From IMG/VR virus record IMGVR_UViG_3300006139_000001: a stretch of 64,000 bases of DNA. One strand, written 5' to 3'. Both the position numbers and the translations under genes were made by a program. Positions 57,498 to 64,000 of this stretch are shown piece by piece. Source of the stretch: a virus. The notes below the pieces were generated by a model, which worked only from the letters and a program-made list of their open reading frames with translations, ran no database searches and was not told where the DNA came from. Position 1 is the stretch's first letter, and every line of letters starts with the position of its first letter.

Positions 57498-57870
57498 TAT
57501 ACCTTTTAACCCTAACTTTTAGATTATATTTATGAGCAAGGTTTATCATATGTTTTGTACCTTTACTATGACCATCCCAAAATGCAACAAGTGCATCTGC
57601 ATTTTTAGCCATCTGTTCATTTCTTATATAACCCGCTCTTTTACCATATAAATCCCAATTCGCTGGATAATAGTCTACTTGATAACCTTTTGATTTCGCA
57701 TACTTCTCACCAAGGCTATCAGTTCCATGTGCCATTCCACACACAACAACAATATTTACCTTAACATTGGAAAGAAGATTATCCATCGTCTTTTCTAACA
57801 AAGGATAATCGTCAAATTTCCTCCCTCCAGAAATAATAACTCTAAATGTGGTTAGCGCACACACGGGCAA
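57475..57870 (-). CDS. SLOG/DUF2493-like nucleotide-binding protein
   Basis: IISGGRKFDDY...VVCGMAHGTDSLGEKYA pattern. 131 aa. Tentative. Confidence 0.35.
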   Translation of the reverse strand: MPVCALTTFRVIISGGRKFDDYPLLEKTMDNLLSNVKVNIVVVCGMAHGTDSLGEKYAKSKGYQVDYYPANWDLYGKRAGYIRNEQMAKNADALVAFWDGHSKGTKHMINLAHKYNLKVRVKRYSGRNENE

Positions 57871-57886
57871 GACCTCCTAAATTGTG

Positions 57887-58348
57887 TCACGTAGGACAAT
57901 AATCATAGATGCCTTTAGATTGTAAAATTTCTAAAACAATATCTATGTAAGCACTTGCTGCATCTGTTTCACTTAGAGCATCTTTTGCATTAATAAGGCT
58001 CTGTATCATTCGCTCTAATTCAACGCCATCAATCAGGCAAACACCGCCTTCATACTGGTCTGATACCTGGAAAGCAAGTAAAGTAGGATTCTTAATTAAG
58101 ATGTAGGAAACCTTATCCTCATAATAAGAAATTGTCACATCAGAAAAAGTAGAATAGCAACCATTTCCTTTTGTAGCAATATCAACACAAACTTGCTCGT
58201 AATGTTCATTTTCTTTTTCAGTAACTCGCCCAGACGTTTCAAGAGCATCCGTAGTATCTACGCTTTCTGACAAGGTACTTCTATTTGTACAACCAGCAAA
58301 TGAAACACACAAACACAAACAAATTAAAATCGCAATTATCTTTTTCAT
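57887..58348 (-). CDS. Lipoprotein
   Basis: MKKIIAILICLCLCVSFAGC lipobox. Confidence 0.5.
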   Translation of the reverse strand: MKKIIAILICLCLCVSFAGCTNRSTLSESVDTTDALETSGRVTEKENEHYEQVCVDIATKGNGCYSTFSDVTISYYEDKVSYILIKNPTLLAFQVSDQYEGGVCLIDGVELERMIQSLINAKDALSETDAASAYIDIVLEILQSKGIYDYCPT

Positions 58349-58920
58349 TATGATTCATCTCCTACTTTACTTAAAATATCTTCAAGTGTTCTTGGTGTAT
58401 AATCCATATAGTCAACCATGCAACCAACATTGTACATATGACTATCCTTTTCATATAGTGCTTTCATTTCATATTGCACTCGCTTCATCATATTCCACTC
58501 AAAACTGATATGAACATGACCATACAAGTGATACCACCCATAATAATGATGGTTATAACACGGAATAGGATAGTGGCTCAGAACAACACCAACCTTGTCA
58601 TTTAGTTGGATTTCCTTGTAGTCAACAATTTCTACAAATAAATCTCTTACACCTTTGTTTTTAAGTAATTTCTTATCGTGATTGCCAATACATAGATGTT
58701 TAATACCGTTGAGCTGATTAAAAATCTCAATCGTCTTTGTGGCATTGTACCAGCTAATATCGCCAAGAATCCAAACCTCATCGTCAATACCTACCGCTTC
58801 ATTCCAGCGCCGAATTAGTTCGTTATCGTGTTCTTCGATATTCTTAAATGGTCTATTATCAAATGCCAAACAGTTGATATGCCCAAAGTGTAAATCTGAA
58901 ATATAAAATGTCTTTCCCAT
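58348..58920 (-). CDS. Calcineurin-like metallophosphoesterase
   Basis: FYISDLHFGH...WILGD...GNHD motifs. 190 aa. Confidence 0.7.
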   Translation of the reverse strand: MGKTFYISDLHFGHINCLAFDNRPFKNIEEHDNELIRRWNEAVGIDDEVWILGDISWYNATKTIEIFNQLNGIKHLCIGNHDKKLLKNKGVRDLFVEIVDYKEIQLNDKVGVVLSHYPIPCYNHHYYGWYHLYGHVHISFEWNMMKRVQYEMKALYEKDSHMYNVGCMVDYMDYTPRTLEDILSKVGDES

Positions 58921-59093
58921 CAGAATTCATTCCTATCTTTTACTCTATCCTTATCAGCACTATTACAATACTTTGCCTGTCCGCAATCCTCACAATCGGT
59001 ATTGCCATTAGCAGAGATAAGCGCCATTAAGAAAAATCCAATCAGACATCCGACAAATATACCAATAATTAGACCACCTAAAAATCCCATAGT

Positions 59094-59324
59094 TTACTCC
59101 TTTTCTTTCTTGTAGAAATTACACTTACTCTCATCTCCACCACAAGTACATTCTTCACGTTCTTTAGTCCCGTAACAAACTGTCTTTCCATACTCTACTA
59201 CAAAACTACTGCACTTATTTTTGTTTGCAGCTTTCTTTGGATTACAAATCTCTGAGCATGGTTTGTTATAATATGTACATAACCCACATGGTGCGTGATA
59301 ATTACAAAACGCTACATCAAACAT
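59094..59324 (-). CDS. Cys-rich small protein
   Basis: 76 aa with about 10 Cys. Confidence 0.3.
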   Translation of the reverse strand: MFDVAFCNYHAPCGLCTYYNKPCSEICNPKKAANKNKCSSFVVEYGKTVCYGTKEREECTCGGDESKCNFYKKEKE

Positions 59325-59408
59325 TTCCTCACCTACACAACATATAGTGTTTATTTTTTCTATTAGCTCAATATATTGATAATTTTTGATAATAAAACTG
59401 ATATTTTA

Positions 59409-59642
59409 TTATGATTTACTTCTTACATTTTGGTGCAAGCCAATAATAGAGCGATAATAGACTTTTTCATCCATATCTCCATTTCTCTGATACATAAATC
59501 CAGCATCTAAGTTTCCACACTGTTCGCATTCATAATGATAGATTGGAATACCATATCCATCTCTAATGTTTGCAACCGTACCTTTGGGTAGCTTATCTAT
59601 TTCTTTTTCAAATCCACATTTAGGACAATAAAAGTAAAACAT
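59409..59642 (-). CDS. Zinc-ribbon small protein
   Basis: CPKCG...CEQCG. 77 aa. Confidence 0.3.
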   Translation of the reverse strand: MFYFYCPKCGFEKEIDKLPKGTVANIRDGYGIPIYHYECEQCGNLDAGFMYQRNGDMDEKVYYRSIIGLHQNVRSKS

Positions 59643-59651
59643 ATATTACCT

Positions 59652-60266
59652 TCACTTTCTTTTTACAATCGGAGTCGTTATCCATCGCATAAATAGCGCT
59701 CCAACACCATTAAAAATAGACACAACAAAAATGAAATACAAAAAATTTACAACCTGTTCAAATGAGTCAATAGCTAATACACAATAATTCATATCAGCAA
59801 TACTATGTTCAAACCCACATAGAATAAAGGCTGATACACAAAGAAAAATTCCTAAGATTCCACTCAATGAATCTGGATGCCTTGAATAGTTATCAACGGC
59901 TAAGAACATCAAGAAACCACATAGTATTGATAACAGCGCAATAGATATAAATTCTTGCTGTAGTTTATTTGAAACAAGTTCTGCTGCTATAATTTTCAGC
60001 TCTGGTTTTGCGAACCGAATCATTGTAGAAACTGCAATGCTCCCAATAAGATTACCTATCCAAATCACCAAACAATTCGGTTTGTTCCTTGTCCTAACCG
60101 CATACCCTATCTTGCCTGTGAATAGATACATCCCAAAAGAACAAATCATAAACAATCCTATCGAGAATAATATTGCTCCGATAATTTTGTTATCAAGTAC
60201 AAGGTATATAGTAGAGCCAATTCCAATCATCATTCCGGCTAAAATCGAATTTCTTAAAGAATCCAT
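59652..60266 (-). CDS. Integral membrane protein (about 6 TM; channel/transporter-like)
   Basis: 204 aa, highly hydrophobic. Confidence 0.4.
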   Translation of the reverse strand: MDSLRNSILAGMMIGIGSTIYLVLDNKIIGAILFSIGLFMICSFGMYLFTGKIGYAVRTRNKPNCLVIWIGNLIGSIAVSTMIRFAKPELKIIAAELVSNKLQQEFISIALLSILCGFLMFLAVDNYSRHPDSLSGILGIFLCVSAFILCGFEHSIADMNYCVLAIDSFEQVVNFLYFIFVVSIFNGVGALFMRWITTPIVKRK

Positions 60267-60278
60267 AATTCAACTCCG

Positions 60279-61043
60279 TTATTTTAGTCTAACAATATCC
60301 TCGTACAGAATATGAAACTTGCCAATAATTCTATCATTTCTATGGTAATGACCACACCACCAGGAATCAAATAGCAACCCATTTTGCAACAGCTTATTGA
60401 AATACATTGTTAAACTGTCACCATTACGATAACCAGCAATAGAAGCTATCTCTTGCGGTAAACAATGAGAAATAACATAGTCAACCTTATATCCAGCATC
60501 GCTCAGAGTTTTCTCACCAAATTCCATTTCTTCTTGGCTTGGTAGTTCTTCTTTCCACCATGACAGATGGTTTACTCTAAACAGTTTGCCTTGACGTGTC
60601 ATTCTGTTATATGTTTTTGCAAACTCATCGTGTGATTCAAAATCTGAAACATTCAGAACACCATCTGAAATATCATGGGAACTTGCGCCACCCATGCAGA
60701 AGAACTTTTTACCTTCAAAATCAAAGATGTAGCCACGCATTAGATGATAAATATTGTCTCTAATCTTATGAGCTTTACCACCATGGAAGTCAACAACTTC
60801 AAATTCGTTGCTATGGTAATATCTATCGTAATTCTCATGGTTGCCATCTACATAGCATAGAGTAAATTGTTTTTCACTTAACCAATTCAACCAGTATCTT
60901 TCTTGCGCATTGTCACTCCAAATTCCGCCAAAATCGCCCAGAATAATAACTATATCATCTCTCGTCATTTCCTTTTGTTCTGGAAATATTCTTGTGCTAA
61001 ACCTTGTAAAATCAGCATGAGTGTCACCTGTTATGTATATCAT
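60279..61043 (-). CDS. Metallophosphoesterase (Ser/Thr phosphatase-like)
   Basis: MIYITGDTHAD...ILGDFGG...DGNHEN motifs. 254 aa. Confidence 0.7.
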   Translation of the reverse strand: MIYITGDTHADFTRFSTRIFPEQKEMTRDDIVIILGDFGGIWSDNAQERYWLNWLSEKQFTLCYVDGNHENYDRYYHSNEFEVVDFHGGKAHKIRDNIYHLMRGYIFDFEGKKFFCMGGASSHDISDGVLNVSDFESHDEFAKTYNRMTRQGKLFRVNHLSWWKEELPSQEEMEFGEKTLSDAGYKVDYVISHCLPQEIASIAGYRNGDSLTMYFNKLLQNGLLFDSWWCGHYHRNDRIIGKFHILYEDIVRLK

Positions 61044-61236
61044 TCTTCATTCTCCTAATTTCAGCTTCACTACACTTTGGGAATGGACAATCTTCACAAT
61101 TAAAATCGCATCCGCCGCAACGCCCGTCATTCCTAATGATTGAAACAATAACCAAAATGGCTACTGCAATCGCAATTATGAAAGCAATAATGTTTAGTAT
61201 TGCATTAATCATTTCTTTGCCCTCCATAATAAACAA
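61024..61236 (-). CDS. Small membrane protein with C-terminal Cys cluster
   Basis: 70 aa. TM helix then CGGCDFNCEDCPFPKC. Confidence 0.3.
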   Translation of the reverse strand: MFIMEGKEMINAILNIIAFIIAIAVAILVIVSIIRNDGRCGGCDFNCEDCPFPKCSEAEIRRMKNDIHNR

Positions 61237-61273
61237 TAGGGAGTTGTTACGCTCCCTATTGCATCAGTCGATA

Positions 61274-61900
61274 TTACTCTGCGGAAGCGTTTAGTTCTCT
61301 CATAGCACGAGCATAAGCCTCTGCTTGGATTCCGATAAGATATTCTCTCTCAGCAGCTTCACGCTTCGCTCTCTTTGCCGCTTTCTTCTGAGCCAGCTTT
61401 GCCATCTTAGTTTTAATTCGTTCGGCTTCCTCTGCATTCTTTACAGCCTTTTTCTGTGCGTCCTCATATACCTTCAGACCATGACGGACAATCTTGTTGT
61501 AAACGGAATTACCATGACCATAGCACTTTCCGGAAAGAAGTCGCTTAGTTACACAAATTGAAATACCATATTCAAGACTATAAGTATCATTTGCACTTAG
61601 AACGGCTTTTTCAGAAGTACCATCTGCAAATGAAACAACAACAACCTTAACTTCACCGTTATTCTCAATCGTGCGAACATCAACAATCTCCGGCATTACA
61701 CATACACCGTTCGGTGAATTCGGATGAGCAACCACAACCTTGCCACCAACGAATTTAACAACATTCTTTGCGCCATTCGCAAATTCAGTTGTCTTTTCCG
61801 CAATTTCTTTAAGTTTATCTGCAATTGGTGCATAGCTATAAAAATCATTTAGAAAACTTACACCAGCATAACAACCAGGATTCCACAAATTAGTACTCAT
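61274..61900 (-). CDS. Hypothetical protein with Lys/Ala-rich C-terminal helix
   Basis: 208-aa ORF. Confidence 0.3.
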   Translation of the reverse strand: MSTNLWNPGCYAGVSFLNDFYSYAPIADKLKEIAEKTTEFANGAKNVVKFVGGKVVVAHPNSPNGVCVMPEIVDVRTIENNGEVKVVVVSFADGTSEKAVLSANDTYSLEYGISICVTKRLLSGKCYGHGNSVYNKIVRHGLKVYEDAQKKAVKNAEEAERIKTKMAKLAQKKAAKRAKREAAEREYLIGIQAEAYARAMRELNASAE

Positions 61901-61964
61901 TTTTCTTCCTCCAGTAATGTAAATTAAATTCTTATAAAATCAAGAGAAAACTATTCTCTTTTAA

Positions 61965-62039
61965 TGGTAAGCTGTATGGGAGTCGAACCCATGCTTCTGC
62001 CGTGAAAGGGCAGCGTCTTAACCACTTGACTAACGGCTC
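61965..62039 (-). tRNA. tRNA-Glu (anticodon UUC), CCA encoded
   Basis: rc reads GAGCCGT-TA-GTC..GAC-G-CTGCC-CTTTCAC-GGCAG-AAGC-ATGGG-TTCGACT-CCCAT-ACAGCTT-A-CCA. One C:A mismatch in the acceptor stem. Confidence 0.6.
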
Positions 62040-62042
62040 ATA

Positions 62043-62119
62043 TGGCAGGAGAGGAAGGACTTGAACCCTCATCTACATCTGTTTTGGAGACAGGCGTTTT
62101 ACCATTAAACTACTCTCCT
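62043..62119 (-). tRNA. tRNA-Trp (anticodon CCA), CCA encoded
   Basis: Acceptor AGGAGAG/CTCTCCT. Anticodon loop CTCCAAA. T-arm GAGGG-TTCAAGT-CCTTC. Confidence 0.55.
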
Positions 62120-62122
62120 TTA

Positions 62123-62198
62123 TGGTCTGAGTGGCGGGACTCGAACCCGCAGCCTCGTGAACCCAAATCACGCCGTCTACCAGTTGACGTACACCCAG
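62123..62198 (-). tRNA. tRNA-Pro (anticodon UGG), CCA encoded
   Basis: Acceptor CTGGGTG/CACTCAG. Anticodon stem-loop CGTGA-TTTGGGT-TCACG. T-arm GCGGG-TTCGAGT-CCCGC. Confidence 0.65.
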
Positions 62199-62282
62199 AT
62201 ATAAATTCCTGTGACCAGCAGGAATCATATTTTTTATATCACGGACTCACATCTAAACAGTATTGATTGCCGTAAAGGTCTT

Positions 62283-62359
62283 TGGAGCGGATAAAGGGAC
62301 TTGAACCCTCACCACCTGCTTGGAAGGCAGGTATGCTAACCATTAAACACTATATCCGC
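62283..62359 (-). tRNA. tRNA-Gly (anticodon UCC), CCA encoded
   Basis: Acceptor GCGGATA/TATCCGC. Anticodon stem-loop CCTGC-CTTCCAA-GCAGG. T-arm GAGGG-TTCAAGT-CCCTT. Confidence 0.7.
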
Positions 62360-62363
62360 ATAA

Positions 62364-62450
62364 TGGTGCGGGAGAAGGGATTTGAACCCTCACGGTGGTT
62401 ACACCAGCGGATTTTAAGTCCGCTGCGTCTGCCGATTCCGCCACTCCCGC
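62364..62450 (-). tRNA. tRNA-Leu (anticodon UAA), long variable arm, CCA encoded
   Basis: Acceptor GCGGGAG/CTCCCGC. Anticodon stem-loop GCGGA-CTTAAAA-TCCGC. Variable arm GGTGTAACCACC. T-arm GAGGG-TTCAAAT-CCCTT. Confidence 0.7.
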
Positions 62451-62663
62451 ATAAGTCACAAGTGGATTAAAAATCGTCATCGTTAATCATTCAAATCCGT
62501 CGATTTGACACTTGTGAGAATATCCAACTTGGCTCTACATCACTATGGCAAATTGGTTGCCAAATGGTTTACTAACTCCATCAAAAGGTGCTGACAATTT
62601 GGACATGTAGCAGCCATACATGATTTGAATTTATGCTAAGTAGAGAGGTCACATAAATTCTAA

Positions 62664-62756
62664 TGGCGACAGCGGTAGGATTTGAACCCACGGGCGGCTC
62701 ATCACCGCCGCCTGATTTCAAGTCAGGTGCAATAAACCAAGCTCTGCCACGCTGCC
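62664..62756 (-). tRNA. tRNA-Ser (anticodon UGA), long variable arm, CCA encoded
   Basis: Acceptor GGCAGCG/CGCTGTC. Anticodon stem-loop CCTGA-CTTGAAA-TCAGG. Variable arm CGGCGGTGATGAGCCGCCCG. T-arm GTGGG-TTCAAAT-CCTAC. Confidence 0.65.
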
Positions 62757-62759
62757 ATA

Positions 62760-62834
62760 TGGTACTCCGTAATGGAATCGAACCAATATCTATCGCTTAT
62801 AAGGCGATTGCTCTAACCTCTGAGCTAACGGAGC
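62760..62834 (-). tRNA. tRNA-Ile (anticodon UAU, reads AUA), CCA encoded
   Basis: Acceptor GCTCCGT/ACGGAGT. Anticodon stem-loop ATCGC-CTTATAA-GCGAT. T-arm TTGG-TTCGATT-CCAT. Confidence 0.55.
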
Positions 62835-62837
62835 ATA

Positions 62838-62913
62838 TGGTGGAACTAATGGGAATTGAACCCATGACCTCCTGCTTGCAAGGCAGGTGCTCTCCCATCT
62901 GAGCTATAGCCCC
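62838..62913 (-). tRNA. tRNA-Ala (anticodon UGC) with G3:U70 identity pair, CCA encoded
   Basis: Acceptor GGGGCTA/TAGTTCC. Anticodon stem-loop CCTGC-CTTGCAA-GCAGG. T-arm ATGGG-TTCAATT-CCCAT. Confidence 0.7.
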
Positions 62914-62916
62914 ATA

Positions 62917-62993
62917 TGGTGCGTCAGGAGGGACTCGAACCCACGACCTACAGATTAGAAGTCCGTTGCTCTATCCAACTGAGCTACTGGCGC
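62917..62993 (-). tRNA. tRNA-Arg (anticodon UCU), CCA encoded
   Basis: Acceptor GCGCCAG/CTGACGC (one C:A mismatch). Anticodon stem-loop ACGGA-CTTCTAA-TCTGT. T-arm GTGGG-TTCGAGT-CCCTC. Confidence 0.6.
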
Positions 62994-63001
62994 ATAGTTT
63001 G

Positions 63002-63025
63002 TTCGGCTCTCTGTTTCAGGTAAAA
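63002..63025. repeat. Left arm of a perfect 24-bp inverted repeat (ttcggctctctgtttcaggtaaaa)
   Basis: Exact reverse complement found at 63469-63492. Confidence 0.8.
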
Positions 63026-63468
63026 ACCGATTGATTATTTTGTTTTCTGGTAAAGGTTGTAGCAACCAATGTTTTTGTTAATGCGGTTAATCCGCTTTTA
63101 TATCATTAAATCTAAATCAATTTCAATTTGATTAGCATCATAAGATACCCTATTATCTTCAAAGAACAGAGATTTGTGATGGTTATGCAAGTGACACATA
63201 TTGTACTCTGTACGCATAATAAATATCGAACTCATGCAGTAATGCAAATCGTGACTTTTGATTCTTGATATGATTGGCGCTTTTTGCCCCTAATTTGAAT
63301 TATGTACTTTCTTCAAGTAGACTTGAAAGCCTAATTATAAATCCCAAAGTATATTCAATCATTTTCGCTCAATGCGAAGTAGATAGAAAAATGTTCGGAG
63401 AAAACTATTATCGCTAATAGTAGCAGATATGTTCTGCCAAACACAGAAAGTCAAAACAACTTCTTCGA

Positions 63469-63492
63469 GCTTTTACCTGAAACAGAGAGCCG
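63469..63492. repeat. Right arm of a perfect 24-bp inverted repeat (ttttacctgaaacagagagccgaa)
   Basis: Exact reverse complement of 63002-63025. The arms enclose a 443-bp AT-rich non-coding segment. Confidence 0.8.
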
Positions 63493-63507
63493 AAATGCTA
63501 TCATTCG

Positions 63508-63996
63508 TTACTCTGTTGCTTCGAGGTCTACAATAAACTCCGCCATCACATCGTCAAAGGATTCGTTTACATCGAAACGAGGCTCATAATCTACCTTGGT
63601 ATTAATCATTGCAGCATCAATTTCGGAAGAAACTTCATCAGCTTTAGTAATCATGGTGCGCATAACTTTCTTTGCACTATCACGGTCAAAGGCATCCTTG
63701 CTCTCAACCTCAATATCATACACATATGCCATCTGATTGCCTTCAACATTGAACTTGTAATCACGCCCCTGTTCAACACGCTTGCCAGGAATATAACGGA
63801 GCATACTCTTAATTGAGCTATTCACAGATTGGCGGAACTTGTTGGTTTCAATAGCGGAGTCAAGGTCAAAACCAATAGATGTTTTTGCATTTCCGATTGC
63901 GGTTGTGAGTTTTTCACGTTCAGAAACAAGCCACTCCATAAAGGCAATAACCTTGTCATTTGGATAGAACTCGCCATTCTCAACGGTTTCATCCAT
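63508..63996 (-). CDS. Hypothetical acidic protein (ATG at 63996, near the window end; true start may lie beyond the window)
   Basis: 162-aa ORF only. Confidence 0.35.
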   Translation of the reverse strand: MDETVENGEFYPNDKVIAFMEWLVSEREKLTTAIGNAKTSIGFDLDSAIETNKFRQSVNSSIKSMLRYIPGKRVEQGRDYKFNVEGNQMAYVYDIEVESKDAFDRDSAKKVMRTMITKADEVSSEIDAAMINTKVDYEPRFDVNESFDDVMAEFIVDLEATE

Positions 63997-64000
63997 GTCT

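Noticed and set aside
62199-62282. Hairpin attcctgtgaccagcaggaat followed by T-run between tRNA-Pro and tRNA-Gly as a plus-strand terminator
   Set aside because: No plus-strand gene reads into it. More likely a tRNA precursor processing structure or an incidental palindrome. Left uncalled.
62451-62663. Possible tenth tRNA or pseudo-tRNA in the 213-nt gap inside the tRNA array
   Set aside because: Hairpins are present (tcacaagtg...cacttgtga; tggcaaattggttgcca), but no T-loop, D-loop or anticodon architecture could be assembled on either strand.
1-64000. CRISPR array
   Set aside because: The recurring ~25-nt motif is dispersed (kilobases apart) in promoter positions, not arrayed with spacers. 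No short regularly spaced direct repeats are present.

Overview
AT-rich (~35-37% GC) phage or prophage DNA, gene-dense, with most genes on the minus strand. Consensus TTGACA-17-TATAAT promoters and GGAGG-type ribosome-binding sites suggest a low-GC Gram-positive (Firmicutes-like) host. Read from the sequence: (1) a complete diversity-generating retroelement (target gene with C-terminal variable region, template repeat with adenine-only mismatches, reverse transcriptase) at 1-3.4 kb; (2) a large serine recombinase; (3) a replication and nucleotide-metabolism module (anaerobic RNR NrdD/NrdG, dUTPase, ThyX, guanylate kinase, DnaE-type polymerase with PHP domain, Cas4-like nuclease, primase, DnaB helicase, SSB, HD hydrolase); (4) an ADP-ribosylation toolkit (WGR-PARP with intact H-Y-E triad, adjacent macro-domain protein, separate ADP-ribosylglycohydrolase, NAD-dependent ligase LigA); (5) an RNA/tRNA repair operon (Pol-beta-type nucleotidyltransferase, CCA-adding enzyme, Rnl2-like RNA ligase, MT-A70 methylase, HAD phosphatase, P-loop kinase-HD protein) controlled by a divergent Xre/ImmA switch with three operator copies, plus an array of nine CCA-encoding tRNA genes; (6) a PurA-family gene that could be PurZ (2-aminoadenine pathway), unverified; (7) several DNA methyltransferase genes, two disrupted at G5-G7 homopolymer tracts, one with motif I placed after motif X (apparent circular permutation); (8) a PAPS-reductase-like gene split by a ~0.4 kb GC-rich, repeat-bearing, stop-free insert; (9) a ~25-nt conserved intergenic motif (AATTAAATCAGAAAAA on the gene strand) recurring about 13 times, in at least six cases immediately upstream of a perfect TTGACA-17-TATAAT promoter; (10) a 24-bp perfect inverted repeat flanking a 445-bp AT-rich segment upstream of the tRNA array. 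All functional calls are motif-based reading of the supplied translations; no database searches were run.
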